Of a stretch of DNA of 64,000 nucleotides, positions 1-9,746 are shown in pieces (the stretch's first letter is position 1; every line of letters begins with the position of its first letter). Both the position numbers and the translations under genes were made by a program. The DNA lies in contig CAWJSS010000002.1 in assembly GCA_963845605.1 (NCBI GenBank), positions 343,018 to 407,017 on the forward strand, read 5' to 3'. The DNA comes from an uncultured Acidimicrobiaceae bacterium (GTDB lineage: Bacteria > Actinomycetota > Acidimicrobiia > Acidimicrobiales > Palsa-688). The notes under the pieces were generated by a model, which saw only the letters and a list, made by a program, of their open reading frames with translations, was not told where the DNA came from and did no database searches.

Positions 1-1219
1 AAACAATTCGCTTGTCGCGGAGGAGGGGGACCCGGGGAGCCCGTGGGCCATCGGCGCCGAGGAAGGCGGGTTCACGTCGCTCCACCCGGACCTCGGTTCG
101 TTCGAGGACTTCGACTTCTTGGTCCGGACCGTTCAGGGCCACGGCATGGAACTGGCCATGGACTACGCCCTGCAATGCTCCCCTGACCATCCCTGGCCCC
201 GCGAACACCCCGAATGGTTCCGCCGCCGCCCCGACGGGTCAATTGCCTACGCCGAGAACCCGCCCAAGAAATACCAGGATATTTACCCGATAAACTTCTG
301 GCCCTCCGAGGAGGCCGACCGGGTTGCCTTGTGGGAGGCGTGCAAAGCCATAATCGATTTCTGGTCGGACCGCGGTGTCAGGATTTACCGGGTGGACAAC
401 CCCCACACGAAGCCGTTCGCGTTTTGGGAGTGGCTGATAAAAGCGCTCCGCCAGGAAAGGCCTGACGTGATATTCCTGGCCGAAGCGTTCACGAGGCCGA
501 AGGTAATGGCCCGTCTGGCTGAGGTCGGGTTTTCACAGAGCTACACGTATTTCACCTGGCGCGTGCCGCAATACGGTCCCGAAGGCATCAGGACCTATAT
601 GGGACAGCTGGCCCACACCGGCTTGGCTGACTACATGCGTCCTAACTTCTGGCCCAACACCCCGGACATCCTGTCGGGCCCTCTTCGCGGCGGGCCACCA
701 TCTGCTTTTGCCCTTCGCTACATCCTGGCCGCCACCCTGTCACCGTCTTACGGCGTTTACAGCGGCTACGAACTGTGCGAGAACGCGCCGGCATCAGCCG
801 ACAACGAGGAGTACCTCAACTCGGAGAAATACGAGATAAAGCACAGGGATTTCGCCCGGCCCGGTACGCTCGCCCCCCTGTTCGGCGCCATCAACGCTAT
901 CCGGCGCCGGCACCGGGCGTTCGCGTCGTTACGCACCGTCCATTTCCACGGCTCGGACAACCCGAACGTCCTGGTTTACTCGAAGACGTCCGACGACGGC
1001 AGCGACGTAGTCCTGGTGGTGGTGACCCTGGACCCTTACACGACGCAGGAAACCACGCTCCACCTCGACATGTCTGCGCTGGCGGATCGTCCGGGGACCT
1101 GGTTGGAGGTCTCTGACGAGTTGTCGGGCGAGACGTACACGTGGGGCCCGCACCCATATGTCAGGTTGGACCCGTGGCGGCGGGTGGCCCACATAACGGC
1201 GGTGCGCAGCCATCTCTGA
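1..1219 (+). CDS. glgE: alpha-1,4-glucan:maltose-1-phosphate maltosyltransferase GlgE, 3' part (5' end outside window)
   Basis: Frame +2 is open from the window edge to the TGA at 1217-1219. The translation (...GSPWAIGAEEGGFTSLHPDLG...AMDYALQCSPDHPW...YRVDNPHTKPFAFWEWLI...) matches my memory of the GlgE GH13 maltosyltransferase family. The treS-mak-glgB genes immediately downstream support the call. Confidence 0.9.
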   Translation, partial: NNSLVAEEGDPGSPWAIGAEEGGFTSLHPDLGSFEDFDFLVRTVQGHGMELAMDYALQCSPDHPWPREHPEWFRRRPDGSIAYAENPPKKYQDIYPINFWPSEEADRVALWEACKAIIDFWSDRGVRIYRVDNPHTKPFAFWEWLIKALRQERPDVIFLAEAFTRPKVMARLAEVGFSQSYTYFTWRVPQYGPEGIRTYMGQLAHTGLADYMRPNFWPNTPDILSGPLRGGPPSAFALRYILAATLSPSYGVYSGYELCENAPASADNEEYLNSEKYEIKHRDFARPGTLAPLFGAINAIRRRHRAFASLRTVHFHGSDNPNVLVYSKTSDDGSDVVLVVVTLDPYTTQETTLHLDMSALADRPGTWLEVSDELSGETYTWGPHPYVRLDPWRRVAHITAVRSHL

Positions 1220-1240
1220 AATGCCGAAAGGGGGTGCACC

Positions 1241-3124
1241 ATGGCAAAGGTAAGGCCGGTTTCGGGTACCGCCAGCAAGGATGTCCACTGGTACCAGAGA
1301 GCCGTTTTCTACGAGATCCTGGTGAGGGGCTTCTTCGATTCCAACAACGACGGCACCGGTGACATCCCCGGCCTGGTCAGCAAATTGGACTATATCCAGT
1401 GGTTGGGGGTCGACTGCATCTGGCTGCTCCCGTTTTACGAGTCCCCGTTGCGCGACGGGGGTTACGACATTTCCGATTACTGGACGGTCTTGCCGGAGTA
1501 CGGTCAGGTGGCCGACGTGGCCCAGCTGGTCGACGAGGCCCACCGGCGGGGCATAAGGGTTATCGCCGACCTCGTCATCAACCACACCAGTGACCAACAC
1601 CCGTGGTTCAACGAGTCCCGCCAAGACCGGACCAACCCGAAGGCCGACTGGTACGTGTGGAGCGACGACGACCAGCGTTACCCGGAAGCCCGCATCATTT
1701 TCGTCGATACGGAAAAATCCAACTGGGAATGGGATCCCCAACGGGGCCAGTATTACTGGCACCGCTTTTTTGCCCATCAGCCGGACCTCAACTTCGACAA
1801 CCCCGAGGTGGCCGACACCATACTCGACGTCGTCCGTTACTGGCTCGACGTCGGCCTTGACGGGTTTCGTCTCGACGCCGTCCCTTACCTTTTCGAGCGG
1901 GACGGCACCGATGGGGAAAACCTGCCCGAGACGCACGACTACCTGAGGAGGCTGCGCAAAGAAGTCGACTCGCTGTACCCGGGCAAGGTGCTCTTGGCCG
2001 AGGCCAACCAGTGGCCCGAAGACGTGGTCCAGTACTTCGGGGACGGTGACGAGTGCCACATGTGCTTTCACTTTCCCCTCATGCCCCGCATGTTCATGTC
2101 TGTGCGGCGGGAGCAGCGCTACCCGATCACGGAAATATTGGCCCGGACCCCACCTATCCCGGACGTTTGCAGTTGGGGGATATTCCTGCGGAACCACGAC
2201 GAGTTGACGCTCGAAATGGTGACGGACGAAGAACGGGACTACATGTACACCGAGTACGCCAAAGATCCCCGCATGAAACGCAATATCGGTATTGGCCGCC
2301 GTCTCGCCACCCTGGTGGACAACGACAGGCGAGTGGCGGAGCTGCTCCACTCCCTCCTCTTCAGCCTGCCCGGTTCCCCCGTGCTTTACTACGGGGACGA
2401 GATCGGTATGGGGGACAATATCTACCTCGGCGACCGCGATGGCGTGCGCACCCCCATGCAGTGGTCCCCCGACCGCAACGCCGGCTTTTCACGCGCCGAC
2501 TTCGCCCAGCTGTACCTGCCGCCGCTGATGGACCCGGTTTACGGCTTCCAGGCGGTGAACGTCGAAGCCCAGATGCGCAACCCGAGTTCCCTGTTGCACT
2601 GGATGCGCAGGATGCTGGAGGTCCGCCGCCAGCACCCTGTGTTCGGCACCGGCGACGTCGAGATTGTTTCCACGGACAACCCCTCGGTACTGGCCTACAT
2701 CCGCGTCCCGACCAGCGAGGAGGCGCCCCCACGGCCACGAGCGGGCAAAGCCGGGCCCAGCAAGGCCAGCGCGGGCCAACTCAGGACGGCTACACCCGGG
2801 CCGGTGAAACCCAGCCCGGCTATGCCCAGCCCGGCCGTACCCAGCCCGGTCATGCCCGGCCCCGCCATGTCCAGCCCGGCCAAACCCAGTCCTGACATCA
2901 CTACGGCGCCAGGCGATGCGGTGCTGTGTGTAAGCAACCTGTCGCGCTTTGCTCAACCCGCTCAGTTACCTCTGCAGCGCTGGGAGGGTATGACTCCCAT
3001 AGAGCTGTTAGGGCGTACCCCGTTCCCACCGATCGGCGAGCTGCCGTATTTCGTGACGCTCCCGCCGTACGGGTTCTACTGGTTCGGTTTGGTGACGGGT
3101 GCTCCCAGCCCGACTGGAGATTGA
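1241..3124 (+). CDS. treS: trehalose synthase (maltose alpha-D-glucosyltransferase) with a low-complexity Pro/Ser/Ala insert near the C-terminus
   Basis: 627-aa ORF with GH13/TreS signatures: [55 protein letters not shown]. An AAGGGGG Shine-Dalgarno-like motif lies ~8 nt before ATG 1241. The stop overlaps the next start (TGATG). Confidence 0.92.
   Translation: MAKVRPVSGTASKDVHWYQRAVFYEILVRGFFDSNNDGTGDIPGLVSKLDYIQWLGVDCIWLLPFYESPLRDGGYDISDYWTVLPEYGQVADVAQLVDEAHRRGIRVIADLVINHTSDQHPWFNESRQDRTNPKADWYVWSDDDQRYPEARIIFVDTEKSNWEWDPQRGQYYWHRFFAHQPDLNFDNPEVADTILDVVRYWLDVGLDGFRLDAVPYLFERDGTDGENLPETHDYLRRLRKEVDSLYPGKVLLAEANQWPEDVVQYFGDGDECHMCFHFPLMPRMFMSVRREQRYPITEILARTPPIPDVCSWGIFLRNHDELTLEMVTDEERDYMYTEYAKDPRMKRNIGIGRRLATLVDNDRRVAELLHSLLFSLPGSPVLYYGDEIGMGDNIYLGDRDGVRTPMQWSPDRNAGFSRADFAQLYLPPLMDPVYGFQAVNVEAQMRNPSSLLHWMRRMLEVRRQHPVFGTGDVEIVSTDNPSVLAYIRVPTSEEAPPRPRAGKAGPSKASAGQLRTATPGPVKPSPAMPSPAVPSPVMPGPAMSSPAKPSPDITTAPGDAVLCVSNLSRFAQPAQLPLQRWEGMTPIELLGRTPFPPIGELPYFVTLPPYGFYWFGLVTGAPSPTGD
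2810..2899. repeat. 15-nt tandem repeat, 6 units (cccagcccggctatg-like), in frame inside treS
   Basis: Read directly as six consecutive units: cccagcccggctatg, cccagcccggccgta, cccagcccggtcatg, cccggccccgccatg, tccagcccggccaaa, cccagtcctgacatc. They encode [30 protein letters not shown]. Confidence 0.9.
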
Positions 3125-4545
3125 TGATGGCCGAAGACCCGTTGTTGCCCTGGGCCCCCCCTCCCGAACTGATGCGCCTCATTGGCCCCTATCTGGCCAA
3201 CCGGCGCTGGTACGCCGCGGACGCGCCGCCCTCTTCCTTGGGCGTCCTCGATTCGGGTTGTCTGGCCGAGCTGGACGGCTCGGCCCGTTTGCTGTGGGCC
3301 ATCGTCATGGCCGACGGGAGCCCCTACCAGTTGGTGATAGCCGAACGCCCCACCGCTGACAGTGCCGGGCACCTGCAGGGCCACGAGAACGCCCTGATGG
3401 GTACCGTGGGCGACCGGGTCTACTACGGCGCCAGCATCGACAGCGAGATGGCGGTGGCCCTGCTTCGAGCGGCCAGTGGAGGCACGGAGGAGGCCGAGCG
3501 GGGCCGCCCACTGGCGGCTGAACAGTCCAACACCTCGCTCGTATACGACGACCGCCTGATCCTCAAACTTTTCCGCCGCCTCTCTCCGGGGCCAAATCCC
3601 GATGTCGAAATATCGGAGGCGCTGGCCCGCACGGGGTTCAGCCATATCGCTTTGCCCCTGGTCAGATGGCAACGGGATGGGCACGACCTGGCGTTCGGGC
3701 AGCAGTACCTGGCCGGCGGCACGGACGGGTGGGCTCTGGCGCTCACGTCGCTGCGTGACTTTTACGGCGCCGCCAGCGAAGAAGACCCCACCACTCCCGC
3801 CATGTCGGGCGGTGATTTTGCCGCTGAAGCTGCTCGCCTGGGCCAGATGACGGCGGACATGCACCTGGCCATGGCTGAAGCGTTTGGGACGTCGAGTGGG
3901 GGCTTCGCCGAGCACTGGTCGGCGTTGATCGCCTCGATCCACGAACGCGTCCTGCAGTTGGGCTCAGAGCTGTCCGGTTCGGCCCAACCTTTGCTGGCCC
4001 GCCTGGGTGACGTGCGTGACCCGGGGCCCGCACTGCGCGCCCACGGCGACTACCACCTGGGCCAGGTGATGCGGTCTGACAATGGCTGGTACGTCCTCGA
4101 CTTCGAGGGCGAGCCCAACCGGCCGCTGGAGGAACGCCAGCGCCCCGTCTCTGTGCTCAAAGACGTGGCCGGGATGCTGCGGTCCCTCCAGTACGCGTCC
4201 CGCTACGCCCTCAGGGAACGGGCCGAGAGCGACCCGGCCCTCCTGGAGCAGCTGGCCCGGGCGTGGGAGGACCGCAACGGCGCCGCCTTCTTGCGGGGCT
4301 ACTACGAGACGAAGGGGATAGAGGACCTGCTGCCGCCCGAGGTGGAGGACCGGGAGGCGGTCCGGGTCGCCTTCGAGCTCGACAAGGCCCTCTACGAACT
4401 GGGCTATGAAGAGGCTTATCGCCCTGACTGGGTGCCGATCCCCCTGGCCGCCCTGTGGCGCTTGCTGTCCGACCCGGTCGAGGATTTGCTGGCCGGACCG
4501 CTCGAGCCGGCGGACGAGGACGACGGCAATGAGGCCCTCGAGTGA
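3124..4545 (+). CDS. mak: maltokinase (maltose 1-phosphate-forming kinase, Pep2/Mak)
   Basis: ATG 3124 is in frame with ORF 2926..4545 and overlaps the treS stop. The kinase motif HGDYHLGQVMRSDNGWYVLDFEGEP fits aminoglycoside-phosphotransferase-like maltokinases. It sits between treS and glgB, as in the GlgE pathway. The track start at 2926 would overlap treS by 200 nt, so it is unlikely. Confidence 0.85.
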   Translation: MMAEDPLLPWAPPPELMRLIGPYLANRRWYAADAPPSSLGVLDSGCLAELDGSARLLWAIVMADGSPYQLVIAERPTADSAGHLQGHENALMGTVGDRVYYGASIDSEMAVALLRAASGGTEEAERGRPLAAEQSNTSLVYDDRLILKLFRRLSPGPNPDVEISEALARTGFSHIALPLVRWQRDGHDLAFGQQYLAGGTDGWALALTSLRDFYGAASEEDPTTPAMSGGDFAAEAARLGQMTADMHLAMAEAFGTSSGGFAEHWSALIASIHERVLQLGSELSGSAQPLLARLGDVRDPGPALRAHGDYHLGQVMRSDNGWYVLDFEGEPNRPLEERQRPVSVLKDVAGMLRSLQYASRYALRERAESDPALLEQLARAWEDRNGAAFLRGYYETKGIEDLLPPEVEDREAVRVAFELDKALYELGYEEAYRPDWVPIPLAALWRLLSDPVEDLLAGPLEPADEDDGNEALE

Positions 4546-4576
4546 GGAGTGGGGCCTTTCCGGAGATAACAAACCT

Positions 4577-6958
4577 ATGACGAACACTGCCGCGCCTAAC
4601 ACGAGCCTGCCCGACACCGGCGTACGGAAGACCGGACCCACTAAAAGCAAGCCGTCACCAAACGCAGACGGCCAACGACAGACCAGCCTCGACCCCCAGG
4701 AGGTCGAGCTCTTGGTCCAGGGCCGCCATCACGACCCTCACTCCTTGCTTGGGCGGCACGGCGGCCTGGTCAGGGCGCTGCGCCCTTCCGCCAGCGAGAT
4801 GTCCGTGCTGGTCACCGGCCCGGCGCCCGAACGGGAGATCCTGCAACGGGTGGCCATGCGCCAAATCCATCCCGGCGGGCTGTGGGAAGGCGACCTCGAC
4901 CCGACGGTGGCGGGCTACCGACTGGAGGCGACCTACGGCGCGGCGGGGTCACCTGGCTTCGTCTACGACGACCCCTACCGGTTGTGGCCGACGCTTGGAG
5001 ACCTCGACCTGCACCTGTTCAATGAGGGCCGGCACCATCGGCTGTGGGAGGTCCTGGGCGCCCACCCGCGTGTGCATCAAGGCGTAGCGGGCACGGCCTT
5101 CGCCGTGTGGGCGCCCAATGCCAAAGCCGTCCGGGTCGTGGGGGACTGGAACTTCTGGGACGGCCGTTTGCACCCGATGCGGGCGCTGGGTGACTCGGGG
5201 GTGTGGGAGCTATTCATCCCTGGTGCACACCCGGGGGCGCGCTACAAGTTCGAGCTCGTGACGGCGGACGAGCGCCTCATTTTGAAGGCGGACCCGCTCG
5301 CTTTCGCCACCGAAGTCCCTCCTGGCACGGCGTCGGTGATCGCAGAGCCGCCGGCTCACAATTGGGACGACGCCGGCTGGATGGCCAGAAGGCCCGAAGG
5401 GGACCCCCTGGCCAAGCCGATGTCCATTTACGAGGTCCACCTGGGCTCATGGCGGTGGACCACCGGCGACCCGGGCGGCCCCCGGCCGCTGTCATATCTG
5501 GAGCTGGCCGAACAGCTACCACAGTACGTAGCCGAAATGGGATTTACCCACGTCGAGTTCCTGCCTGTGGCCGAACACCCCTTCGGAGGGAGCTGGGGTT
5601 ACCAGGTCAGCGCCTATTACGCGCCCACCGCTCGCTTTGGCTCGCCCGACGATTTCAGAGTACTCGTGGACGCATTGCACAAAAGCGGCGTCGGCGTGAT
5701 CGTGGACTGGGTCCCTGCCCACTTCCCCCGTGACGAATTTGCCTTGGCCCGCTTCGACGGCACGGCCCTGTACGAGCACGCCGGCCCGATGGGTGCCCAC
5801 CCCGATTGGGGGACATTGGTTTTCAACCTGGGCCGCCACGAGGTCCGCAATTTCCTGGTGGCAAATGCGGTTTTCTGGCTCAACCAGTTTCACGTGGACG
5901 CCCTCCGGGTCGACGCCGTGGCCTCGATGCTGTACCTCAACTATTCCCGCCAGCCGGGTGAGTGGGTGCCAAACGAGTTCGGCGGCAACGAAAACCTGGA
6001 GGCCGTGTCCTTCTTGAAGGAGCTCAACGAAACGATTTTCTCCGTGTGCCCTGGGGCCACCACCATCGCAGAGGAATCGACCGCATGGCCGGGCGTTTCC
6101 CGGCCCACTTACCTCGGCGGCCTCGGGTTTGGGTTCAAGTGGAACATGGGTTGGATGCACGACACCCTCGGGTATTTCGAAACGGACCCATTATTCCGGC
6201 GGTACCACCAGAACGACCTCACTTTCGGCCTGCTGTACGCGTGGCACGAGAACTTCATCCTGCCCCTATCTCACGATGAGGTAGTCCACGGCAAGCGTTC
6301 GATGCTGTCCAAGATGCACGGTGACCGCTGGCGCCAACTGGCCAACTTGCGGGCACTTTATGCCTGGATGTGGGCGCACCCCGGCAAGAAACTAATTTTC
6401 ATGGGCAGCGAAATTGGCGAGGAACGCGAATGGGACAATGAGCGGCCTGTCGATTGGTGGATGCTCGGCCAGTGGCCCGACCACGCCAAGCTGCAGCACT
6501 TGGTGGCCGAGTTGAACAAGCTGTACCGCTCGCAGCCGGCGCTGTGGGAACAGGACTTCAACCCGGACGGGTTCCGCTGGATAGACGCCAGTGACGCCGA
6601 CGAAAATGTGTTTTCTTTCTGGCGGTCGCGCCGGCCCCAGGAGCACGGTCACCCGGACGGCCGTTCCCCGGCTCATTTCCAACCCGAGGTCTCCTGGCCC
6701 AACGTCCCGGCCAGTGACATCGTGGCCTGTGTGGCCAACTTCTCGCCCGTCCCGCAAGTTGGTTACCGGATTGGCCTACCGAGGCCTGGCCGTTGGCTCG
6801 AGTTGCTCAACACAGACGCACAGGAGTGGGGCGGGAGCGGCCTGGGGAACATGGGTGAAGTCACGGCCGAAGACGTCGGTTGGCACGGGATGGCCAGTTC
6901 GGCGGAGCTGGTACTCCCGCCGTTAGGCGTTTTGTGGCTGGCCCCCGCGCCCACGTAG
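4577..6958 (+). CDS. glgB: 1,4-alpha-glucan branching enzyme
   Basis: GH13 branching-enzyme motifs are present: VDWVPAHFPRDEFALARFDG, HVDALRVDAVASMLY, TIAEESTAWPGVS, PLSHDEVVHGK. ATG 4577 (MTNTAAPN) follows GGAG at 4562-4565 and starts just after the mak stop. The track start at 4406 lies inside mak. Confidence 0.92.
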   Translation: MTNTAAPNTSLPDTGVRKTGPTKSKPSPNADGQRQTSLDPQEVELLVQGRHHDPHSLLGRHGGLVRALRPSASEMSVLVTGPAPEREILQRVAMRQIHPGGLWEGDLDPTVAGYRLEATYGAAGSPGFVYDDPYRLWPTLGDLDLHLFNEGRHHRLWEVLGAHPRVHQGVAGTAFAVWAPNAKAVRVVGDWNFWDGRLHPMRALGDSGVWELFIPGAHPGARYKFELVTADERLILKADPLAFATEVPPGTASVIAEPPAHNWDDAGWMARRPEGDPLAKPMSIYEVHLGSWRWTTGDPGGPRPLSYLELAEQLPQYVAEMGFTHVEFLPVAEHPFGGSWGYQVSAYYAPTARFGSPDDFRVLVDALHKSGVGVIVDWVPAHFPRDEFALARFDGTALYEHAGPMGAHPDWGTLVFNLGRHEVRNFLVANAVFWLNQFHVDALRVDAVASMLYLNYSRQPGEWVPNEFGGNENLEAVSFLKELNETIFSVCPGATTIAEESTAWPGVSRPTYLGGLGFGFKWNMGWMHDTLGYFETDPLFRRYHQNDLTFGLLYAWHENFILPLSHDEVVHGKRSMLSKMHGDRWRQLANLRALYAWMWAHPGKKLIFMGSEIGEEREWDNERPVDWWMLGQWPDHAKLQHLVAELNKLYRSQPALWEQDFNPDGFRWIDASDADENVFSFWRSRRPQEHGHPDGRSPAHFQPEVSWPNVPASDIVACVANFSPVPQVGYRIGLPRPGRWLELLNTDAQEWGGSGLGNMGEVTAEDVGWHGMASSAELVLPPLGVLWLAPAPT

Positions 6959-7031
6959 TAATGCCGCGCGAAATGACAACCCACCGCCCAATGGGAACCC
7001 ACCGGACGTCTCGTGGCGTAATCTATAAACA

Positions 7032-8462
7032 GTGAGCAGAGGTTCAGCGCGGCGGCGCAGAGGGGGCGATAGCGGGTTCGGTGCCGGTGGCACCGTGATC
7101 CTTATGCTCGGGTGCCTGGTCGTGGGTGCGCTCGTTGCCGTCGCGGTTTTGGGCGGGCTGGCCGCCAGCAAGAACAACGCGCAGGCCACCACAGGGTCAA
7201 CGGCGGCACCTCCGGTATCGGCACAGCCCACGACTACGCAGCGCGTAACTACTACCACGCAACGGGTAACAACCACGACGAGCAGGGCGCAAGCCCTCGC
7301 TGTTTTGCGTTCACGAGTGGTATTGGCGCCGGCAAACGGCGCCGGCCACTTCAACCTGGGGGTGCCGGTCATCGTTCACGCCACCGGCGCTCACTTGGAA
7401 AGAGTCCATATAACAGGTGGCCCTGGCACTCACGTCCTGGCCGGGGCGATCGACCCGTACACGGGCGTGTTCCGTTCCACGGGCACCCTTTTCCCGAGCA
7501 CCACGTACACCGTGAGCTTTGTCGTCGCCGGCAATGTGGGTACCGATACGGGGCTGACAGCAGAGGGGACGAGGACGTTCGTGACACCGGCCCCGTCCTC
7601 GGCGGAGAGCGTGACGGCCAACGTTTTCCCGACCCCGGGCATTGCCGTAGGGATCGGCGAACCGATCATCTTTATGTTCTCCCAACCGATAGACACGTAC
7701 GCCGCACAGCAGTCGGTGCTATCCCATCTGCATATTTCGATGAGCAAGCCGGTCCCTGGCGGCTGGCATTGGTTCAGCTCGGTGGAGCTGCATTTTCGGC
7801 CGGCGCATTATTGGCCCGTAGGCGAAGGGGTTTCGGTTTCCGGGGACCTGGCCGACTGGGACGTGGGCGGCGGGAACTGGGGCGTCGGCACCCTGACGAC
7901 GTCGTTCATAATCGGTGAGAGCCGCATTTCTACGGTCAACCTGTCGACCCACCAAATGACCGTGACCCAGAACGGCAAAGTCCTGTACACCTGGCCGATA
8001 AGCGGGGGCAGGCTGGCGGACCCCTCCATGGACGGCACCCATATAGTCATGGACCGGGAATCTTTGGTCGACATGAACTCGGCCACCGTCGGCATCCCCC
8101 AGGGTTCTCCCGGCGCTTACAACTTGAAGGTGTACTGGGACGTTCATATTTCAGACAGCGGCGAGTACGTTCACGCCGCCCCGTGGAGCGTCTCGTCCCA
8201 GGGTTTTCAAAACGTCTCCCACGGCTGCATCAACCTGAGCCCGGCGGACGCAGACACCTTCTTCCACTTGAGCCGGGTGGGCGACGTAGTCCAGGTCACC
8301 GGGGGGCCGAGGGCGCCGGTAATGGGAGACCATGGCGTCATGGACTGGTCGTTCGGGCCGGGTGTGGTTAGTTGGACGCCGGCCAAAGTCACGCAACTAA
8401 CGACGTCTGTCACCACGCTGCCGACGACGACGACGCCGCCGCCGGCGGGCGCACCAGGCTAG
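7032..8462 (+). CDS. L,D-transpeptidase (YkuD catalytic domain) with N-terminal membrane anchor
   Basis: The catalytic motif SVSSQGFQNVSHGCINLSPADA is the His...Ser-His-Gly-Cys signature of YkuD. The N-terminus has a hydrophobic segment (ILMLGCLVVGALVAVAVLGGLAA) followed by a TTTQRVT x2 repeat (21-nt repeat at 7233-7277). The start codon is GTG. Confidence 0.85.
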   Translation: MSRGSARRRRGGDSGFGAGGTVILMLGCLVVGALVAVAVLGGLAASKNNAQATTGSTAAPPVSAQPTTTQRVTTTTQRVTTTTSRAQALAVLRSRVVLAPANGAGHFNLGVPVIVHATGAHLERVHITGGPGTHVLAGAIDPYTGVFRSTGTLFPSTTYTVSFVVAGNVGTDTGLTAEGTRTFVTPAPSSAESVTANVFPTPGIAVGIGEPIIFMFSQPIDTYAAQQSVLSHLHISMSKPVPGGWHWFSSVELHFRPAHYWPVGEGVSVSGDLADWDVGGGNWGVGTLTTSFIIGESRISTVNLSTHQMTVTQNGKVLYTWPISGGRLADPSMDGTHIVMDRESLVDMNSATVGIPQGSPGAYNLKVYWDVHISDSGEYVHAAPWSVSSQGFQNVSHGCINLSPADADTFFHLSRVGDVVQVTGGPRAPVMGDHGVMDWSFGPGVVSWTPAKVTQLTTSVTTLPTTTTPPPAGAPG

Positions 8463-8546
8463 GCCAGAGCCGGCGGGCCCACGGACGAGGCCCGTAATAC
8501 CCCGGCCGCGTCAGCAGCTGCGCTCGCTCCCACTAGCTTGCAACAC

Positions 8547-9746
8547 ATGCCGGCGTACCTGGACCATGCGGCGACGACCCCTCTTTGCCTGGAGGCGTTC
8601 GAGGCCATGCGGCCGTGGCTGTCCGGCCGGTTCGGCAATCCTTCCGGCTCACATTCGGTGGCTCGGGCGGCGCGACAGGCCGTCGACGAGGCGAGGGACA
8701 AGGTGGCGGGCGTCCTTGGCACGGCCCCCGGTGACGTTGTCTTCACTGCCAGCGGCACCGAGGCGGCCAACCTGGCCATCCTGGGCCGGTTACGGGCCGT
8801 ACCGGGACCCGTCGTGGTCAGCGCCATTGAACATCATGCGGTGCTCCACGCCGCCAGCGCGGCCGAGAGGGCGTTGGGCACGCCCGTACGGGTGGTGGCG
8901 GTGGGGAACGATGGGGTGGTTGACCTGGACAGCCTGGCGGGCGCTCTGGACAAGACCGTTAGCATCGTGTCCGTCCAGCTGGTCAACAGCGAAGTAGGGA
9001 CCGTGCAGCCGCTGGCCGAGGTGGCCCGCCTCGTACGCCGGCGGGCTCCGGCCGCTGTCTTGCACACCGACGCGGTGCAAGCGGTCCCCTGGTTCGATGT
9101 GGCCGACCTCGGTGCCGGCGCAGACATGGTCAGCATCAGCGGGCACAAGTTCGGTGGCCCGCAGGGGGTCGGCGCCCTCGCCTTCCGGCGGCCGGTCAAA
9201 GTTGAACCTGTGCTCTACGGTGGCCCGCAAGAGCGGGAGCGCCGCGCCGGCACGCACAACGTGGCCGGAATTGTAGGGATGGGCGCCGCCCTCGAGACGT
9301 CTGCGGCCGAGCGGGCCGGCGCCTGCAATCGCGTCGGGCGCTTGCGGCTCGTCCTGGCCACTGGTCTCCTGGGGAGCGTCCCGGGAGCGCACGAGACGGC
9401 TGCCGGCCGGCAACGGGCCCCCGGCCACTGTCACTTATTGATTGATGGAGTCGAAAGTGAGGCCCTGCTGGTGGTGCTGGACGAGCTCGGCGTGGCCGCC
9501 TCCGCCGGTTCAGCTTGCGCCAGTGGGGCCATGGAGCCGAGCCACGTCCTCATGGCCATGGGTTACCCGCCCTCTCGGGCCCTGGGTGCCCTGCGCCTGA
9601 CCCTGGGGCATACGACGACAGAGGCCGACGTCGACTTGGCCCTGCGGGTGGTGCCGGCGGCGGTGGCCCGCCTGCGGGGACAGGGCTCTTCGGGGCCGGT
9701 CCACCTGGCGCCGGCCAAGCGTCTGGCTGCGGTGGAGGGCCGATAG
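8547..9746 (+). CDS. iscS: cysteine desulfurase (class V aminotransferase, IscS/NifS family)
   Basis: Contains AYLDHAATTP, AIEHHAVL, SISGHKFGGPQGVGAL (PLP lysine) and GSACASG (catalytic Cys loop). It abuts mnmA, the classical desulfurase/thiouridylase pair. ATG 8547 is preferred over the TTG at 8538. Confidence 0.88.
   Translation: MPAYLDHAATTPLCLEAFEAMRPWLSGRFGNPSGSHSVARAARQAVDEARDKVAGVLGTAPGDVVFTASGTEAANLAILGRLRAVPGPVVVSAIEHHAVLHAASAAERALGTPVRVVAVGNDGVVDLDSLAGALDKTVSIVSVQLVNSEVGTVQPLAEVARLVRRRAPAAVLHTDAVQAVPWFDVADLGAGADMVSISGHKFGGPQGVGALAFRRPVKVEPVLYGGPQERERRAGTHNVAGIVGMGAALETSAAERAGACNRVGRLRLVLATGLLGSVPGAHETAAGRQRAPGHCHLLIDGVESEALLVVLDELGVAASAGSACASGAMEPSHVLMAMGYPPSRALGALRLTLGHTTTEADVDLALRVVPAAVARLRGQGSSGPVHLAPAKRLAAVEGR

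Noticed and set aside
929-2350. 473-aa ORF on the minus strand, antisense to treS
   Set aside because: It lies entirely inside a gene with clear GH13 motifs, and its translation is Arg/Val/Gly/His-rich without any recognisable motif. It is a typical shadow ORF of G+C-rich DNA.
2926-3123. Long upstream extensions of mak (2926) and glgB (4406) in the ORF track
   Set aside because: The extensions overlap the preceding genes by 170-200 nt and translate to non-conserved Cys/Arg-rich sequence. Internal ATGs positioned at the upstream stop codons fit operon coupling.
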